In this document: positions 61,250-64,000 of the stretch, piece by piece
Position numbering within the stretch: the first letter of the stretch is position 1
Layout: every line of letters starts with the position of its first letter
Assembly (NCBI GenBank): GCA_018656865.1
Contig: JABHYO010000087.1
Location: 2,099-66,098 of the forward strand
Source: Gammaproteobacteria bacterium
Lineage (GTDB): Bacteria; Pseudomonadota; Gammaproteobacteria; Pseudomonadales; Azotimanducaceae
Reading direction: 5' to 3'
DNA length: 64,000 bases
The notes under the pieces: generated by a model
What the model saw: the letters and a program-made list of their open reading frames with translations, nothing else
The model's database searches: none
Told to the model about the DNA's origin: nothing
Position numbers and translations under genes: made by a program

Positions 61250-64000
61250 TCAGCTACCTGCACCGGGGTTCGGTTCTGGTTCCAGTTGCGGAATGATCGG
61301 CGGATTAACTTCAGCTTCCTTATTGTGAATGACCGTAGCCGGATCCACGGAGGTATCAAGTCCCCAGAAGTGCAGCCAGTCTTCGAGCATCAGATACAGA
61401 CTCGGTACAAGGAAGAGGGTAATGACGGTTGCGAACAGTACACCGAAGGCGAGAGAGATAGCCATCGGTATGAACATAAAGGTTTCCGGGTCACTGTCAG
61501 TCATAAGGGGGATCAATCCGACAAACGTTGTCACCGATGTCAGGATGATCGGTCTGAAGCGAACAACACCCGCATTGGCAACCGCCTCGAACATTTCAAC
61601 GCCCTGACGTCTCTGGCGATTGATATAGTCCACCAGCACGAGAGAGGCATTAACCACAACGCCCGACAGAGCGATGATGCCCAGCATTGAAAAGAAAATC
61701 AGATCCCAGCCCATGATGAAGTGACCGATAATGGCACCGACTGCGCCAAAGGGAATCACGCTCATGATAACGAGCGGTTGCATGTAGCTCTTAAGGGGAA
61801 TAGCCAGCAAGGCGAAAATGATCATCAGGGCCAGCGGCACCGTGGCCACCATGCTGCCGGTTGCTTTCAGTCGCTCTTCCTGTTCACCCGATACGCTGAA
61901 GACGACGCCGGGGAAGTTCTTGTTGAAACAGCGATTCTGCCTGCTTGCAAAGTAGGTGCGTTGTTCACAGACGGCCTTCTCAACTGCTGCAAAAACTTCT
62001 TCAGGTTTGACCACCGTTCTATTGATATCACCCTTAACATCTATGACGCGTCGCTGATTCTCACGGTTGATGGCTGAAAACCCGGTGCCATAGGTGACGC
62101 TGGCAACCGTGGAAAAGGGCACTTCGATATTCTCGCTGGTGCGGATACGCATATTTTCCAGATTGCCAAGGGAGCGTCGCTCTTCTTCGGGGTAGCGCAC
62201 CATGACGCGAACGTCGTCGGTACCACGTTGAATCCGTTGCGCCTCTTCACCATAGAAAGCCTGTCTGACCTGGCGAGCCAGATCGTTGAGGGTCAGTCCA
62301 AGCGGTTTGGCTTCGGGCAGGATGTCGAGCTTAATTTCACGCTTGCCCGCCCGAAAACTGTCGGTAAGATCGAGCACGCCGGGGTAGCGGGCGAGTTCGG
62401 CTTTGAGGAATATCGCTGCGCGCTGCAGTTCTTCGATATCTCTGCCTTTCAGCTGGAGTGCGATGGCTTCACCGGCATTAAAGGATGAGGTCGTGAATTG
62501 GAGTTCTACAGCGTCGGTGACGCTACCGGTTTTTTCGCGCCATCGATCTGCGATCCGGTTGGTATTCCATCCTGGTCTGTCTTTGATGGGGGCAAGATCG
62601 ATGACGACCTCCGCCAGATGACTTCCTCCTGCTGAAAAAACCGCAGGACCGCTCCTTCGTGCAGCGTTGGCACCGATGGATTGAAAGACATGTAACATGA
62701 CTGATTCATCGTCGGTGAGTCCGAGATCGGCGTTCACTTCCTTAATGGTCTCATGGGCAGTCTGCTCCAGGCGGCGGGCTGCTTCCTCTGTATATTCGAC
62801 ATTGATGCCCTCAGGCATGGTCAGGGCGGCGTAGATCCTGTCGCCCTCGACTGCGGGGAAGAACTGAAATACGACCCTGCCGCTGGCAATCAATGCAATG
62901 GAAGTGAGTAAAACGGCAGTTGCGACTGCCCAGGTTACCCAGCGCCATTCCAGTGTTTTTACCAGGAAAGGCTTGTAGATGTCCTGGGCGAACCATTCCA
63001 GTGAACCGGAAATCTTGCCCTGAAACTTGGTCCAGTTCTCAACCAGTGGGGTACCGTGCAGAAAGTAACCTTCGGTTGATCGGTGGGCGAGGTGAGCCGG
63101 CAGGATGAACATGCATTCAATGATGCTGAATATCAGGCAAACGAGAACAACCCAGCCGATGATAGAGAAGAAACCTCCCATACGACCAGCGATCAACAGG
63201 ATCGGCAGAAATGCGGCGATGGTTGTCAGGACGCCAAAAACAACAGGTACGATGACTTCGGCTGTTCCTGCAATGGCGGCATCCCGGTGAGTCCTGTTGA
63301 CGGACTCGTGACTGAATATGCGTTCTCCGACAACAATGGCATCGTCGACGACGATGCCGAGCACAAGAATGAATGCCAGTACGGTAAGTGAACTGATGTT
63401 GATACCGGCTATAGGGAACACCCAGATGGCGCCAAGGATAGCGATCGGAATACCGGCTGCAACCCAGATGGCAACTTTGAAACGAAGGAAGAGCGTCAGA
63501 ACCAGCAGCACCAGCCCCAGACCGGCGTAGGCATTCTTGGTCAGGGCGCTGATTCGTCGTTCCAGCTTGATGGATTCGTCGTTCCAGACACTGATTTGCA
63601 CACCCTTGGGCAGGGTTGATTGTTTGCGTTTGATATAGGTCTTGACGGCCTCTGCGGCGGTAATAATATCTTCATCGCCGACACGACTAACAATGACGGA
63701 GACAGCCGGTTGCCCGTCAAACCTCGCTCTAAGAAAACCTTCCTGAAAGGCATCGCGAACAATAGCGATCTCGCCGAGACTAATGTTGGTTCCATCCGGT
63801 TGTGTGAGTACAACAATATCCTCGTACTCGTGGCCTCGATAAGCCTGGCCTTTGGAGCGCAACAGGATTTCACCGCCCTGGGTCTTGATCGAGCCTCCGG
63901 GCATGTCCAGAGATGACCGGCGGATCGCGTTGGCGACCTGAGTCATGGTGAGGTTGTACTGTCTGAGCGTGTTTTCTGATATTTCGATGGAAATTTCCCA
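61250..64000 (-). CDS. RND efflux permease (AcrB family), N-terminus beyond the window edge
   Basis: The frame stays open from 63946 to nt 64000 (…WEISIEISENTLRQYNLT-MTQVANAIR). GIVVDDAIVV and VVVNASLVLVD motifs. 12-TM layout. Confidence 0.9.
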   Translation of the reverse strand, partial: WEISIEISENTLRQYNLTMTQVANAIRRSSLDMPGGSIKTQGGEILLRSKGQAYRGHEYEDIVVLTQPDGTNISLGEIAIVRDAFQEGFLRARFDGQPAVSVIVSRVGDEDIITAAEAVKTYIKRKQSTLPKGVQISVWNDESIKLERRISALTKNAYAGLGLVLLVLTLFLRFKVAIWVAAGIPIAILGAIWVFPIAGINISSLTVLAFILVLGIVVDDAIVVGERIFSHESVNRTHRDAAIAGTAEVIVPVVFGVLTTIAAFLPILLIAGRMGGFFSIIGWVVLVCLIFSIIECMFILPAHLAHRSTEGYFLHGTPLVENWTKFQGKISGSLEWFAQDIYKPFLVKTLEWRWVTWAVATAVLLTSIALIASGRVVFQFFPAVEGDRIYAALTMPEGINVEYTEEAARRLEQTAHETIKEVNADLGLTDDESVMLHVFQSIGANAARRSGPAVFSAGGSHLAEVVIDLAPIKDRPGWNTNRIADRWREKTGSVTDAVELQFTTSSFNAGEAIALQLKGRDIEELQRAAIFLKAELARYPGVLDLTDSFRAGKREIKLDILPEAKPLGLTLNDLARQVRQAFYGEEAQRIQRGTDDVRVMVRYPEEERRSLGNLENMRIRTSENIEVPFSTVASVTYGTGFSAINRENQRRVIDVKGDINRTVVKPEEVFAAVEKAVCEQRTYFASRQNRCFNKNFPGVVFSVSGEQEERLKATGSMVATVPLALMIIFALLAIPLKSYMQPLVIMSVIPFGAVGAIIGHFIMGWDLIFFSMLGIIALSGVVVNASLVLVDYINRQRRQGVEMFEAVANAGVVRFRPIILTSVTTFVGLIPLMTDSDPETFMFIPMAISLAFGVLFATVITLFLVPSLYLMLEDWLHFWGLDTSVDPATVIHNKEAEVNPPIIPQLEPEPNPGAGS

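Noticed and set aside
1-64000. CRISPR arrays, IS elements, integrases, prophage genes, toxin-antitoxin pairs or known defence systems
   Set aside because: I scanned all ORF translations and intergenic regions. There is no transposase (DDE), integrase or recombinase motif, no regularly spaced repeat-spacer array, and no recognisable defence gene. The only tandem arrays are the 18-bp coding repeat in dnaX and the 21/12-bp array at 35.4 kb, which has no spacers.

Overview
This 64-kb window looks like ordinary chromosome from a gammaproteobacterium, possibly marine. That placement rests on gene content and local synteny only: dnaX-ybaB-recR-rnd-ycgL-ycgN, hrpA-mlaA followed by a REC-PP2C + STAS pair, divergent dusA/gltX, ppc, and one tRNA-Ala(GGC). 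About 55 protein genes can be supported. Many are chained by 1-, 4- or 8-nt stop/start overlaps. I saw no transposase, integrase, phage gene, CRISPR array or recognisable defence gene, and I cannot point to one clearly novel system. The best candidates for a second look are:
1. A sigma54/PspF-controlled psp operon extended beyond pspABC by a Toastrack/GIN-domain protein and a second PspB-like peptide. Its PspC also carries a ~195-aa charged N-terminal extension.
2. An ECF sigma / anti-sigma / DUF4097 (Toastrack) module bridged by an unannotated 45-codon ORF with a strong Shine-Dalgarno sequence (SD).
3. A signal-peptide-bearing TPR-CHAT caspase-like protein 46 nt upstream of a TolC-family gene, with a YegD-like Hsp70 next door.
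4. Two families of non-coding repeats: a 107-bp MITE-like element with CTAGTTTCC ends, and a GTCATCCTGA...ATCTC family that includes a 21-bp-period tandem array.
5. A hairpin cluster next to the tRNA.
6. An exported chorismate mutase-cyclohexadienyl dehydratase fusion overlapping the end of pspF.
7. A dusA-terB-cytochrome c-sulfite dehydrogenase chain joined by ATGA overlaps.
All functional calls come from motifs read by eye. No database search was run.
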